A DNA stretch of 56,952 bases, counting the filler, from Platydemus manokwari (taxonomy: Eukaryota): assembly GCA_037951405.1 (NCBI GenBank). It is 5 parts of 5 records of this genome, joined end to end, with 100 filler letters (N's around TTAATTAATTAA, not from the genome) between each part and the next. Parts side by side here need not be neighbours in the genome. Positions count along the whole stretch, not along the records: positions 1 to 9,702 come from JBBMOY011215211.1; positions 9,803 to 19,387 come from JBBMOY011228876.1; 3 more parts are not named here. One strand, given 5' to 3'. Of this stretch, positions 1-12,740 are shown piece by piece. The notes under the pieces are model-generated. The model was given only the letters and a program-made list of their open reading frames with translations, ran no database searches and was not told where the DNA came from. The number at the start of each line of letters is the position of its first letter. Positions within the stretch are counted from its first letter, which is position 1. The position numbers and the translations under genes are program-made.

Positions 1-79
1 TTTCTAATTACTTCATATCTTCCATTTGATATATAAGTAGAAATACTTAAGATTTTATTAGTTGCACTAATTTCATTTT

Positions 80-330
80 CTAGAATCTTTTTAATTTCTT
101 CGATACGTTTTTAAGATATCTCCTATTAACAGCATTTGTTTCATTCTTTGAATCACCTAAATGTGTTATTCTGTCATTGTTTAATCCTAAATTACTCCTC
201 ATATCATCATCTGCGAATATAATATATTCGCTATCATAAATTAGTTCTTTCGCATTACTCCTCTCTTGGTTATCTTTCATAATATTTATTGAACTATAAC
301 CTCGGATTCCTGTAAAAACTCACATTTCAT
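80..330 (-). mobile_element. Decayed non-LTR retrotransposon reverse transcriptase fragment
   Basis: The minus strand reads TGIRG (about 300-315), then YIIFADD...LGLNN...ITHLG. These match the order of the RT motifs G-x-x-Q-G, F/YADD, GLxxN and KYLG, with internal deletions. Confidence 0.6.
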
Positions 331-2482
331 TCATAACATTTTGTGATTTTATCTTCAATCTGTATCTTATATCATGTAATTCTCAAATCCTTCGTTGAAT
401 GTGTATTGTATTCAAATATTTGTATTCAGTATATAAAGTATTTTGTTAAAAATTATATTTAAAAAATTGAATTTTTAATGAAAATAAACTTAAAAATAAA
501 TCAGAAAACAAAAAAATAAATAGCGCGCCCAAAACAACAATAATAGAAAAAATTAATTTAATTTATATAGAATTTTAGGAATTGTTTAAATGAGCTAATA
601 TTATATAGAAATTGCAAAATAAATTCGTTGGAAGTCTAAAATTAATAGAATTTATTTAATAGAATTAATAAAATAATTAAAATTAAATTTTTGAAAAAAT
701 AAAATAATTTTAATTTCGAAGTGGAAAAATAAAAATATTTTAAATTTCTAAAGCGAATTTTTCACTTCTAAATGACTATAAATAGTCATCAAAAATCATT
801 ATTTTTCGCTCACAAAAATCTAGACATACAATCTTGACAAGAAAATCTAAAAGTCTTAACAGAGAAAGAAAACTCTTAGAAAGTTAAAACTTTAAAATAG
901 ACAAACTGCTGACGACGATACTTGTTTCCAGACGACGAATCCATAGACTTCGAAAGATCCACAAGCTTCAACTACAACACAATTAGAAGTACTGGATACT
1001 TTGCTTAAACGGAATTAACTCGAAGGTGTGGAGGTTACCAGAACGGAAATAAAAACATATCTCAAAATCAATATTATTTAAACTCATTACTTATAGGTCG
1101 TTTCGTCAAATTCGAATCAACCACTCACGTACCCTAAATTGATTGAGCTAAAATCGGGTTTGTTGTAAATTAAATAATTTTGTTTGTTGGTCCAATTTAT
1201 TAATAAATCAATAATCGTTAATTGTAAATCATTCTGAAAACTTTGTAATTTGTTTTTGATTTTCAATTTAATTGTCTTACGTTTCGGTTTATTATTTTGA
1301 TAATGATTTCGATTTATAAAAGTATTCATACAGTAAACAATTATTGTTATAGGTTATTGTATAGGCTGATAATCGAGAAAGTTGATTTGAATTTAAATAA
1401 GATCAGCTTTAAATAACTCACTGGTGTTGGGAATACTAACTAATAAGACCCAAACCCAACATAAAATACCCATTATACAATATTCAGACAATATAGTATA
1501 TGATACTGATATATAAATAAACAAACAATTATTTTCTAAAATTAATCAGATTTATCGCTAGGATTAGTATGACTGTGAAGTTAGAGAATATTAAGTGACT
1601 GAGGGATTTCATGTGAAAAGATATAATGAGCGATTATTTTAGATGTGAGTTTTCGAAGACAATTTCTCAAAATATTGTTAGGTTAAAAACAACTATTATT
1701 ACACATAGTTGTAGTTAAATACAATTATTGAGCAGAAGTATAGATAGTTGTCATAGTATTATTTCAAAGTATTGTCAGCTGGTGATATTTGAAGAAAGTT
1801 ATAGGTAAAAAATTCAGATATGAGTAACGGGTTAACACAAAAAAGTAGCTGTTGTTCGACCATTTTAATTAAATGGCTATTAAATCTAAGTAATGGAATA
1901 TTAATAATGGTATATAAATGGTTGGAAAGTGTGAAGAATGAAGTTAAGTACTGTAAACATTTATTGAAATCAACTAAAAATCTAATAACTCCCTTTCAAC
2001 TAAGCCTAGTGATCTTAATAGTAAATTCATGAATATATAAAAAAATGCTTTAAAAACAATTTTCATTAAGAATTTTCATCTAGGAACAGATTGGGTTCAC
2101 TGGTCAAATCATATGAAAACCAATAACAACTCGTAAATTATTAAAATTGATAATTTCATCTATTAATTTCTATTATTGCGTCATGATATTTAACTAAATT
2201 AATGAAATTTTCAAAATAACAATTTAGGAACTCCACCCGTGAGATAGACACACATTTTCAAATACATCATCACTAAAAAATCTATATTTAAAGAAAATAA
2301 ATAAAATATCTACTACATTACACAAGTTAATTGACAAGAAATTCAAGTACATTAATAGAATATGAAATTTAAATAATAAATGAAAAAAAACATTGATTTA
2401 TAAAATTTAAAATTATAAATAAAAAAAATCGTTATATACAAATGTTCAAGAAATAATACCACTTCTTTAAATAAATCGAAAA

Positions 2483-3337
2483 TCAGAAAGTATTCTTAGA
2501 AATTTCTGAATAATTAAAAAAATTTGTATTTTCCAATTCATCTACGGAATTAAATGGCGTAATTAATGTTTTATTCAAATGGAATGGTAGACCAAATTTA
2601 CATTTCATAATTTCCACTTTACTGTCACCAATAATTTCCATTGTTCGAACATAATTACCACGATAATAGTAATTGAATTTACTAAATAGAATCGTACAAT
2701 TATAATGGTTTTCGAGCGATTTTATTGAATATTTAATTTGATTTAATAATTTCTGCCATTTCTGTTGAGAAATAAAAGGAATAAAACACGTATAAGATAA
2801 TTTACCATCTCGATTGATTGAAAATCCTAAATCGCTTGAATGTTTGACATCAATTCGTTGATTGTCTTCAAGTTTTACAGGTCCACACTCGACATCATCG
2901 AATTGATGATGTTTCTTTAAGTTTTCAATTGCTTTTAAATTATCTTGGAGATTGGATTCTTCATTTTCCAACCAATCCAACATTTGGACTTTTCTTTCGA
3001 TTTTTTCGATAGAAAGATTCGTCTGAGAACATTTGGTAGAAAGTGGTTTTTCCGGCAGGTCTTGAAAATTATTGAGTTTCGTTGTGCTGCTATTATCATT
3101 GATAGATGGATATAATGTGTGTCTGTAAGGGTTTTCTAGTGATGAACTGTATCCAGTTATTTGACGGATTCGTTCTTCATTAAATGGTAAAGTGTTTAAG
3201 TATGAATTGTAGAAATGATTCGAATTTGTTTCATACCAGTGATATGGTTGAGAGAATTGATTGCAATAAAATGGATAATTGGATAAAAAACGTGAGTCTG
3301 TTATTTGTTTTCTTTTCCTGAAATGGATATTCCCCAT
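2483..3337 (-). CDS. Orphan protein (about 284 aa) with a C-terminal degenerate KH-like domain
   Basis: A 900-nt stop-free ORF in very AT-rich DNA. The first true ATG is at 3337 (MGNIHFRKRK). The C-terminus has IPF...SIKSLENHYNCTILFSK...RTMEIIGDSKVEIMKCK, a type I KH-like pattern without GxxG. Confidence 0.7.
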   Translation of the reverse strand: MGNIHFRKRKQITDSRFLSNYPFYCNQFSQPYHWYETNSNHFYNSYLNTLPFNEERIRQITGYSSSLENPYRHTLYPSINDNSSTTKLNNFQDLPEKPLSTKCSQTNLSIEKIERKVQMLDWLENEESNLQDNLKAIENLKKHHQFDDVECGPVKLEDNQRIDVKHSSDLGFSINRDGKLSYTCFIPFISQQKWQKLLNQIKYSIKSLENHYNCTILFSKFNYYYRGNYVRTMEIIGDSKVEIMKCKFGLPFHLNKTLITPFNSVDELENTNFFNYSEISKNTF

Positions 3338-5589
3338 ATTGATGAATAACAAATAATATGAAATATATAAAAAAATAATATTCAATAAATTTTATTGAAT
3401 ATTTCTATCATTTTAACACTGCCTATCTATGATGTGGATAAAAAGGATCAAATATTCGGATTATAATGTTTGTTAATACTCAACAAATTTAAACGAAAGA
3501 TATCATCCATTTCAAATTCATAATGGGATAATTTTGGTTTAATACCACATATGCTTTCAGATTTCTAATTTATCATTTCAATTAAATGTGCTATTGGGAT
3601 ATATTTGACTTTATGTATTAATAATAATAAAGAGCACGCAAATTTAATGAACCAGGAGTGATATTTGAGGATTATTAAAATCATCATTTTTTGAAATACG
3701 ATGACTCATCTCTGTTAAAGCTGTTTATGTGATAATTCAAATTGGTATTTCATAATTCTTGATTTTAGAGACGATTATCATTTAAATGTTAAAGATTTAT
3801 CATTGAAAAACAGAAATGAACACATCTATGTAAATGTCGTGAGTGTGAAGAAGTCATTGCTACTATGAATAATAATGCAATGAAAATTAATTATAAAACG
3901 TAATAATAAATTATAATAAAATCATTTAAGAATACATGGTCGCTATATTATATTCAAGATTTAGTCTTTCCCCTGATTGAGAGAAATTGTTTATTTAGCG
4001 AATATTTGTTCTAATTCAAGCTTAAGAAAATTAAATGAGGAACTTATCAGACAGCCCAAGTAACACAAAGAATTGAGATTTGAAATCCAACTTTATTAAA
4101 TCTTCACAGGAAGCCTAAGTTTTTTTTTACAGATGATCAAAGATTCACCATATTGAATCAGATGAACAATTTTGATTTTGATATTCGTCTCAGAGAATTT
4201 ATCATACAACTCTAGCAAGATTTTATTCAGTGATATATGTCGGATCAAATTGAGATATCGAGAAGTGATTTTGTGAAAGTGAAAAAATCAAGAATATGAA
4301 AGTGATTAAATTATTCTTTTATCCGTAACAAGTTACTCATTAAAGATTATTCGATGTTCGCTGGGTCTTTTATTAGATTATTAGATCAGCGCCATAGTAG
4401 GTACAACAATCTCAAACCAGTGCCATTGATTTCAACCTTAATGTTTTCCAAAGTGAATTAAGCAAGTAATTATAGACAGAAGTACAAATTTGGAAATTGT
4501 GGAAGCCTGATAAAAATCGGTAATTTTTCTTCTAATCTAGTTCTCATATAGATCTAAGACAAAATATTTTAACTAGTAATCCGGACTACAACCTTAGATA
4601 TTTTTGAAATGTTATCGTCAAGAAATCTATTAATAAATTGGACTTCTGATTATTAAATTTGAATATATTGAATTATAAAACCATTTGATAACTATACCAT
4701 AATTTTAACTTATTTAATGATTAAATAACTTTAAAAATCATAAAAAGAATTTTAAAAATAATTGTTTGCTGGAATTATTGAAATATTTTAATTTTTGTGA
4801 GGACCTGCCTCCCAGAGAGAAGAGTTATAAATCATGTGCTAATGATTAAAAGTGTTATTTCGTAACACAAATAATGCTATTGTTAAGTTCGGTGTCAACT
4901 AAGAGAGGCCAGTAACGATTTTCAATGTTGCTAGTATCTAAAAGAGAAAGAATTGAAAGACCTCACGAAGTTTGGCGGCTTTTAGAAGTATTTCAATAGA
5001 GTAGCGGAAAATAAATATATTTGATAGTTCTGATTGCTGATGCCATGAATTGTACTTGACATATCAAGATAAACATTATAATTTATGAGGAGTTTGAGGA
5101 GCATTGTCAACTAAGACTGTTTAATGACAAACAAGCATTGAACGAGTAGTTAGTGATTATCATCTAAAACCTAGATAAAGCTTTAGGACATTTTATTACA
5201 AAAAATAGAAATTTTAATTCAATAATATAAACATAAATTAGAAATTAAATAATTATTTCATAGATATTTAAAAACATTTTTAAAATATAAATTTCAAGTT
5301 CACCTTTTTAATAATATAATAGAATTAATAATAACAGAATTACATTAAAAACAGTGTATTTAATACTTAACAAATTTATAAATTATTTTTTTGAAGTTCA
5401 TACAACTGAAATTAATAAATAAGAAAGCAATAAACTTTATCTAAATATAAATATGATACAAATAAAATGCTAGCATTCTTCAATCTAACAAACGGCCCAA
5501 ATCACCGCCTCACAAACAATTGAACAGAAAAGAATAAAAAAAATATTAGACACTTCGATAAAAATCCTGGCACATATATTTCAAAACAT

Positions 5590-8500
5590 TTAATAACTTC
5601 TGCCAAACATGGTGAAATATTTTGGCTTTAGTGTGCATTGTGTATTCACACATTTGTCACCAAGATTTTCTGGTTGTTCAAGCGGAATACACAACGATTT
5701 CGCACCCATCGATGGTGCACCTTCTTCAACAATACTTTTACCGGCACTGATAACTTTAATTGTTTCCTCACAGGATTTATCTCCACAGAACGGAGCTGTA
5801 ATGAGCATTTTGTTATCTAATCCTTTACATAAATCATCCATATTATAAGCAACAATTCGATGATTATCTAAATCAAATTTAGCTTTATTGTACATTTCGT
5901 TGTGAATATCAATAAGTTTGTGTTTGATAAATTGTTCCATGGCGCCATCATCAATTATTTCTTTCTTTCCATTAAATCGATAACACAAAACCATCTTATT
6001 ATTGCTTATATCTCTTGGACCTATTTCAATTCGAATGGGAACACCTTTCAATTCCCAATCATTGAATTTCCATCCTGGTGAACGATCTTCAGCAAGATCA
6101 GCAAAAACTCGAATACCAACTGCTGATAATCTATCTGCCAAACTATTACATTTTTCTTTAAGAGCTTTTAAACCATCTTCATTTACTGTCAAACCGCAAG
6201 GAACAATCACAACTTGAACATCTGCAACTCGTGGTGGTAAAACTAAACCCTTGTTATCTCCATGAACCATGACCATGATTCCAATAGTTCTTGTAGTCAT
6301 GCCCCATGAATTTTGATAGACAAATCTTTGAGTATCATTTTCTAATTGATATTTAATATCAAACATTTTACTAAAATTTTGACCCAAGTGATGAGAAGTT
6401 GCACCTTGAATAGCGCGGCCAGCCGCACTAATGTAAACTTCTGTTGTTGTTGTGAAATCTGCTCCTGCGAATTTTTCTTTCTCTGTTTTTCGACCTTTTA
6501 CGACAGGGATTGCCAACAAATCTTGATAAACCGATGCGTAAAGATCAAGAATTTGATAAACTTCTTCAACGGCTTCTTCTTGTTCAGCAAATGCGGTATG
6601 ACCTTCTTGCCAGAGAAACTCTCTTGATCTCAACAATGGAATTGGGTGCTTAAATTCCCATCTTACCACATTAGCCCATTGATTTAGTTTTAATGGTAAG
6701 TCTCTGTGAGATTTTATTGTTTGGGCAAAATACGGGTACATTGCTGTCTCACTTGTTGGTCTTATTGCAATGGGTTCTTCCATTGTTTTTTCCCCTGCCA
6801 TTGTCACCCATGCGACTTCGGGTGAGAAATCAGCAATATGATCTTTTTCCTTCATCAGACTTCTCTTCGATATAAACAAAGGAAAAGTGGTCTGCCTGAC
6901 TCCCATTTTCTTAATGGCAACTTTGATAAAATCTCTGATCATTTCCCAAATATCCTCAGTAGTTGGCAAGAGAATATAACACCCACTTACATCATAATAA
7001 CCAATCATTTTAGATTTGGTCAATATTTGTTTATACCAATCAGCTAAATTCTCCTCTTTCAATGCTTCCATTCCTAATCTCGTCACTTTTTTCAATTCTG
7101 TTTTATTTTCATTTTCGACAGCTACTGGTGTTTGCTTCTGATCTTTGTCTTTTTTCCCATTTTTCTTAACCTCTTTTACTTCTTTGTTGTTTGTTTTGGC
7201 AACTTTGCTTTCATCATTTTTCTTATTCTTCTCCTGTTTATCTTTAGCTTCATTTTCATTACCATTTTTCTTATTCTTCTCCTTTTTATCTTTAGCTTCA
7301 TTTTCATCACTATTTTTCTTTTTCTTGTCCTTTTTATCATTAGCTCCATTTTGAGCACCATTTCCCTTTTTGCTTGTATTTGATTCTTTATTGTCGCCTT
7401 GTGATTTTTGTTTCAATCCTGTGGTTGGTCGTTCTTTCTTGTTACCTTCGGGAATATTAATTAGAATGAGAGGATGTTCAGTTGCATTATCGGTTGCACT
7501 ACGATATTCTTGATCACAGATGAAATAACCCCGTCGTTGTAATTGAATAATATCTCCCTTTTTCAAATATTTCAATTCGACATCACCAATTAGACATTCT
7601 TCTTTCTTTGAATCTTTGTTGAGGAAATTTTTGAAATCGTCATCCTTATCCAAAACTTTCTTCGTGATAATATTATCATAGAAAATGGCACACATAGGAA
7701 TGGAAAATGAGCGAATATTGTCTTCATCCCCTAATGGCATCCAAGTTATCTTTTGAGTTTTCTTGAAATCTCGATCAGATAAATTCAATTTCGCATCAAT
7801 TGATGTTATTGATCCTGTATCATCTTTATGGATCTTGGCGATCAAAAGATTTCCCCAATTGATAAATGTAACATTTGTGCCTTCCACAAAATCAACTGCA
7901 TCTTCTCGCTCAACCACGACACTTGGGCTGTACCAAACGGACTTCTTGCCAACACTATCATTCTTTGGATGTCTAGCAACGGAATCTTTAACGATTTCTT
8001 GTTGACCAATAACTCTAACAACGATCAAACTCTTGTCAGAACCACTCAAACCAGTATATCTTGGAGCTACTGGATCAATTACTTTCTTATTAAATGCCCA
8101 AATCTTATCCCATTCCATCACAACATTAGCTCGTCCGAAACCTTGTGCCAAAACGAATTCCTTCAACCCTTCAATCGTCATTCCATGTCTGAGAACACCT
8201 CGCACCGTTGGCATTCTTGGATCATCCCAACCATCAACGTAACCCTCGTTGACAATCCATGTCAATTTACGTTTCGATAAAACGGTATTTTGTAGAGATA
8301 ATCTAGAGTAATCAGCAATTGCTGGTTTTCTCAATCCCACCAAATCAAGAATCTTGAAAAATTGATCATTCCTATCATTATATTCACTAGTTCTGAGAGT
8401 GTGTGTCACTCCCTCAATGCTATCGACGATTGGGCATGCAAAGTCATATGTTGGATAAACCTTATATTTATCTCCAGTTTTTACGTGGCTTTCCAATTTG

Positions 8501-9491
8501 CATCTGTAGATCGTTGGATCTCGCATACATCCGTTTTTCGATTGCATGTCCATTTTAATTCTGATACAATATTTCAAACCTTCCTCATCGCCGTTCTTCA
8601 TCATATTCCAATAATTTAAATTATCTTCAACTGCTTGATCCCGGCATTTTGAATTTTTACATGCTTCTCTTTCTTTCTTCATTGTTTCGGCATCTGTATT
8701 GTCTGCGTAAGCATGACCAGCTTTGATCAAATCCTCACAATATTTCATTAACAAATCAAAATGATTTGAAGAGAACGTCAATTCATCGATTGTCAAACCT
8801 AAACTTTTAACATCTTCGAGAATTATTTTCTCGAATTCCATTGATTCTTTTGCTGGGTTTGTGTCATCGAATCTCATTATCAATTTCCCTTCATAATGGT
8901 CTTTATAATGTTGATTAATTAATGCTGCCTTTGCATGGCCGATATGTAAATACCCACTAGCTTCTGGAGGAAATCGTACAACAACTTTACCCTTTTCAGC
9001 ATCTTTCAATCCTACGAATACTCCTCCTTCTTCAAATTGAACGTTTGATTTGGATTTTTCATCATTAGCCTTGCTTTTATTCTCTTTAACACTCGTTCGA
9101 GCTTTTGCAAGTTGTTGTGATATGAGACTTTTGATTTCTGGCAATGTGATGAGATTATTATAATATCTACCAACATTTGGGTAAGCTAACTCATCTTTAA
9201 TAATCGATAAAAACTCTTGATTTTCTATTTAAATAATGAAATTGTATTTATAAACTTAATAGAATTTACCATGTAAACAAAAAAATAGAGCTTTTTCGGC
9301 ATCTGAAAACGTATCATTCACTAAAAACGTTCTATGAACTAATGCATTTTCTAATATATCTAAGGAAGCTCTTAGTTCATTTTCTTTGAATATATTTTTG
9401 GAAAAATTCTTCCAATTCAAGATTTGCAAACTAACTGAATCTAAAAGCATTATAAAAACATATGTAATACAAATAATTTCGTCATACCCAT
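5590..9491 (-). CDS. EPRS: Bifunctional glutamyl-prolyl-tRNA synthetase; exons 9491-9488, 9440-9270, 9224-5590 (1269 aa)
   Basis: N-terminal GST-C-like segment (LENALVHRTFLV...YPNVGRYY). GluRS motifs RFPPEASGYLHIGH and VLSKR. ProRS motifs IRPTSET, RSREFLWQEGH and QGATSHHLG, with a C-terminal Zn site ending FGRSY. Two GT-AG introns (9487-9441, 47 nt; 9269-9225, 45 nt) join the frames exactly. Confidence 0.97.
7215..7350 (-). repeat. Coding 48-bp tandem repeat (about 3 copies) in the EPRS linker
   Basis: The unit catttttcttattcttctcct(g/t)tttatctttagcttcattttcat(tac/cac) is repeated and encodes NEAKDK(K/Q)EKNKKN-like 16-mers. Confidence 0.9.
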
Positions 9492-9702
9492 TTTTAAACT
9501 GTTATATTTAAAAACTATTAAAACAAATTTATTAATGAATTAAATTAATCTTTATTTATTAAATTAATTATTTATTTATTTAAAATCACTACATTCTTTT
9601 TAAATAATTTTCAAAGAATTGACTAAAAATATTTAAAAATTAAAACTTTGCACCAAATTGTTATTTTATATTATAATATAAAACTTAAAATAAAAAATTG
9701 TT

Positions 9703-9802
9703 NNNNNNNNNNNNNNNNNNNNNNNNNNNNNNNNNNNNNNNNNNNNTTAATTAATTAANNNNNNNNNNNNNNNNNNNNNNNNNNNNNNNNNNNNNNNNNN
9801 NN
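9703..9802. other. Assembly gap with artificial TTAATTAATTAA spacer (also 19388-19487, 34637-34736, 45444-45543; a 10-N gap at 51157-51166)
   Basis: The same 100-nt layout (N run, TTAATTAATTAA, N run) recurs four times. Confidence 0.97.

Positions 9803-9872
<70 letters not shown>
9803..9872 (+). repeat. (TAA)n microsatellite
   Basis: Pure taa run next to the gap. Confidence 0.95.
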
Positions 9873-9873
<1 letters not shown>

Positions 9874-10016
9874 TTTATTTTAAAATTTTAATTATACTTA
9901 TAAAATTTTCAAAACATTTCAAAACTTTTAAAATTTTTTTGAAACATTTTATATAAACATTAAATTTTAAAATGTTTTAAAAGTTATTATTTTTAATTAT
10001 TTTAATTGATACTCAC

Positions 10017-10072
<56 letters not shown>

Positions 10073-10098
10073 TAATAATAATAACAAAGATAATAATA
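10017..10098 (+). repeat. (TAA)n microsatellite, imperfect
   Basis: aat run with a few caa interruptions. Confidence 0.9.
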
Positions 10099-11089
10099 AA
10101 ATCAATTTACGATTCAAAGATAAAAACATTTTGTTAATTCATTTGAATAAATGAAGATTGATAATGGTTTTGAATCAAAATGACAACTAAAATGATATTA
10201 ATAATTTAGAGAAATAGAAGGACGAGAAAAACCGATTGCATGGCGATAAAAATTCGATTGGACCCATAAAAGAAAGAGAGAAGCGTTATTAGTGACATTA
10301 TTTATGTTCTCTGTCAGTCATTTATTTATTAATCATTTAATATGGTTTGTAAAGGCAAATATCTTCTTTCATGTAGCAATATAAGGAAAACATCGATATT
10401 AATAATCATGATTTTCCCAATATTTTATTCCTATCAATTCGTGACATGAGCCTTTGTTGAAAATAAAATCCCGCTTTCATTGCTATTCATTTTGACCTTT
10501 ACATGGATTTAATAAAACAAACTTAAATTCTGTTTTCAATGTTTCTATTTTCACAGACAAAAATAAATTTTTCCGATAAATTATTGTGTTCATTATGGTT
10601 TTTATTATCGTAAATCATGAACATTTACATTTGCTTTTCTTTTCAAGATTTAAATCTGAGATAAATATCATTGGTTGATATATAATTTGATATTTTATCG
10701 TTATCATTTACATGATTAATATTCATATTATAGAGACCATGGGGACTGTGAGATATTTCAAATAAATTGAATTTTAATTCGAATTTAATTCGGATTTAAT
10801 ATAAATCATATTTATATAAAATTAGAATTATTTGTTTAAATATTTGCATTAAAATAGATTTGCGATGTCTTGACTTTTCAGTTCGTTTTTAATATGTGGT
10901 TTTTAAAATAGTAGCGGCTAAGAGGGACAAAGAAGAACAGCTTTATACACACAGGCACCATGTTTGTTCTTGTCAGTAATCAATCAAATTTCTCCAAAAT
11001 ATAAGCCCATAAATAGAATCGGATCGTCAATTGAGGCACAAGAACAATAGGTAATGAATCTTGAGATAAAGCCAATGACTTTGAATAAC

Positions 11090-11145
11090 GAAGAAAATCC
11101 TTCAATCTTCAAATGGTTTCGACAAATGAGAAGCAAAATTGAACG
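11090..11145 (+). mobile_element. Possible pogo/Tigger CENP-B-type HTH remnant
   Basis: EENPSIFKWFRQMRSK resembles the E-x-x-L-x-x-W-F-x-Q-x-R motif. It is a single short motif. Confidence 0.3.
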
Positions 11146-11465
11146 ACAAGCCAGCACTTACGACAAGTCTACGAAAGGAGATGAATCTCGATGGTGACTA
11201 CCAGTTCTTTAAACTGTCCACTTATTGAAATTATTTGAGTGATTATTTTAACTGTAAATCTATCATTGTATGTTACTTTTGTCTTTATTTTTCTCTTTCT
11301 GATGGTGAGCTCATAATGATTTGAAATTTGACTTTTGTTCTTATTAACGTTGATTTAAATAATTTGAGCGCTATTCTTATTGGATTTGTAAGAACTATTG
11401 TTAGCATTCAGCGTCAGCAGCTATTATAACAATATTATTACTGATATTTTTGTTTATATTAGCAC

Positions 11466-12560
11466 TGTTATTATTATTGTTATTATTATTATTGTTGTTA
11501 CAAGATTTATTCAATACAAATTTGTTGGGATTATTGGATTGATTGTGATCTGCTTGGGTTTGACAGCTTTGATTCATGAAGTCTATTCGGCTTTCATCTC
11601 GGCTTGATTCTAATTTGTGTTAGATAAAATATACCAAATACCGGTCGAGCGACGTTGCCAGATTTTTGCAGAATGTTCAATATTTGAAATTGCACTTTCT
11701 TTGACCAGGTTTTGGATTTTATTTTTCGGCATGCCAATTTTCGTCAAAATTGCTCCTGTTGAGGCCGGAACTGTACCGAGTGAGCCTATAATGAACGTCA
11801 AAAGCTCAATATTGAAATCTGTTTCAATTTGGCGAGCTCATTCCTAAAGTCAGTATAATGAATTATATTATTTTTGGTTGACTCCTCGAAGTTTTGCATT
11901 GTGTCGATCGGACATTTCATGTCTACCAGGAAGATCTTTTTTCGCTCTACATCAGTAACCAATAAATTGATGCGCTTTTTTCTGTCCGGTAACAGTGATC
12001 ACATTTGGTTCACTACTATAATAATATTTTTTGATCGAAGACAGTCAACAATTTTGTTCAGGCATGCATCATTGCGAGCAGATTGTAGCTTTATGTTCGG
12101 GATGCAGCACTGTAATACATGTGACATGGCTTCAGGGAAACTATGGCAACTTCGACACTTTTGGCTTTCGACACGTCTGTTTTCCAAAGACGATGCATTA
12201 ATTACTAGAGTATTTGTTCTATTTGGAGTATTGTAGACCAGCATATTCAGTTACCTCAACTGTTTTATCGATTAGTTTTTGCAGAACAGGATTATTATTG
12301 GCAATCAAAGCAGTATTATCAGCGTAAGCTAGAACCTTAACAGAGCTAATTCCTATTAGGAAAGTGTGAACTAATGAAATTTTAATGGTTTCAAGTACCG
12401 GGTTAATTGCCAAAGCAAACAGAGTCATCGATATAGGACAGTTCTGTTTGACTCCTCTTTGAATAGGCAAGTCCGGTGTAGTAATAGGTCCACAGACATA
12501 AAATGAATTCATATCAGTGTACAAAAATTCAAGAGTATCGACAAAAGAGTCCTTTACATC
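11466..12560 (-). mobile_element. Decayed RLE-type non-LTR retrotransposon (NeSL/Utopia/R2-like), 5'-truncated and internally deleted
   Basis: RT RGVKQNCPISMTLFALAINP and VLAYADN. CCHC finger CRSCHSFPEAMSHVLQCC...RN. RLE RINLLVTD...FLVDMKCPID and C-terminal FIIGSLGTVP...KIW. (AAT)n run at the 3' side. Confidence 0.85.
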
Positions 12561-12686
12561 TATTAATTCAGTAATTTAAAATTTCTGAAATCATTCATTT
12601 TAAATAGCTTCGACGTAATATATTATTTAAACAACTGCAATGTAATATAATTTAAATTTAAAATTCAAATTTGAAAATTCAATATG

Positions 12687-12724
12687 TATATATAAGATCT
12701 GTATTTCGTTATTTATTTCATTTT
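12687..12724 (+). promoter_or_regulatory. TATA box (TATATATAAG) and Inr-like TCATT upstream of the NS1/E1-like gene
   Basis: TATA at 12687-12696, TCATT at about 12718, ATG at 12741. A TTCAAATTTGAA palindrome lies just upstream. Confidence 0.45.
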
Positions 12725-12740
12725 AGTTTATGAAAATAAT

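Noticed and set aside
3430-5200. Coding-like decayed stretch (KCRECEEV; IRTT) suggestive of a MULE-type transposase
   Set aside because: No catalytic motif could be reconstructed, so the family cannot be assigned.
5609-8619. Many + strand ORFs overlapping EPRS (and similar ones over IDH2 and the RING gene)
   Set aside because: Antisense or alternative-frame shadows of real CDSs, with no motifs of their own.
9747-9758. TTAATTAATTAA palindrome recurring four times
   Set aside because: Always centred in N runs, so it is a scaffolding spacer and not biology.
12600-12700. Search for a CRESS origin stem-loop with NANTATTAC
   Set aside because: Only partial TATTAC matches were found, with no GC stem.
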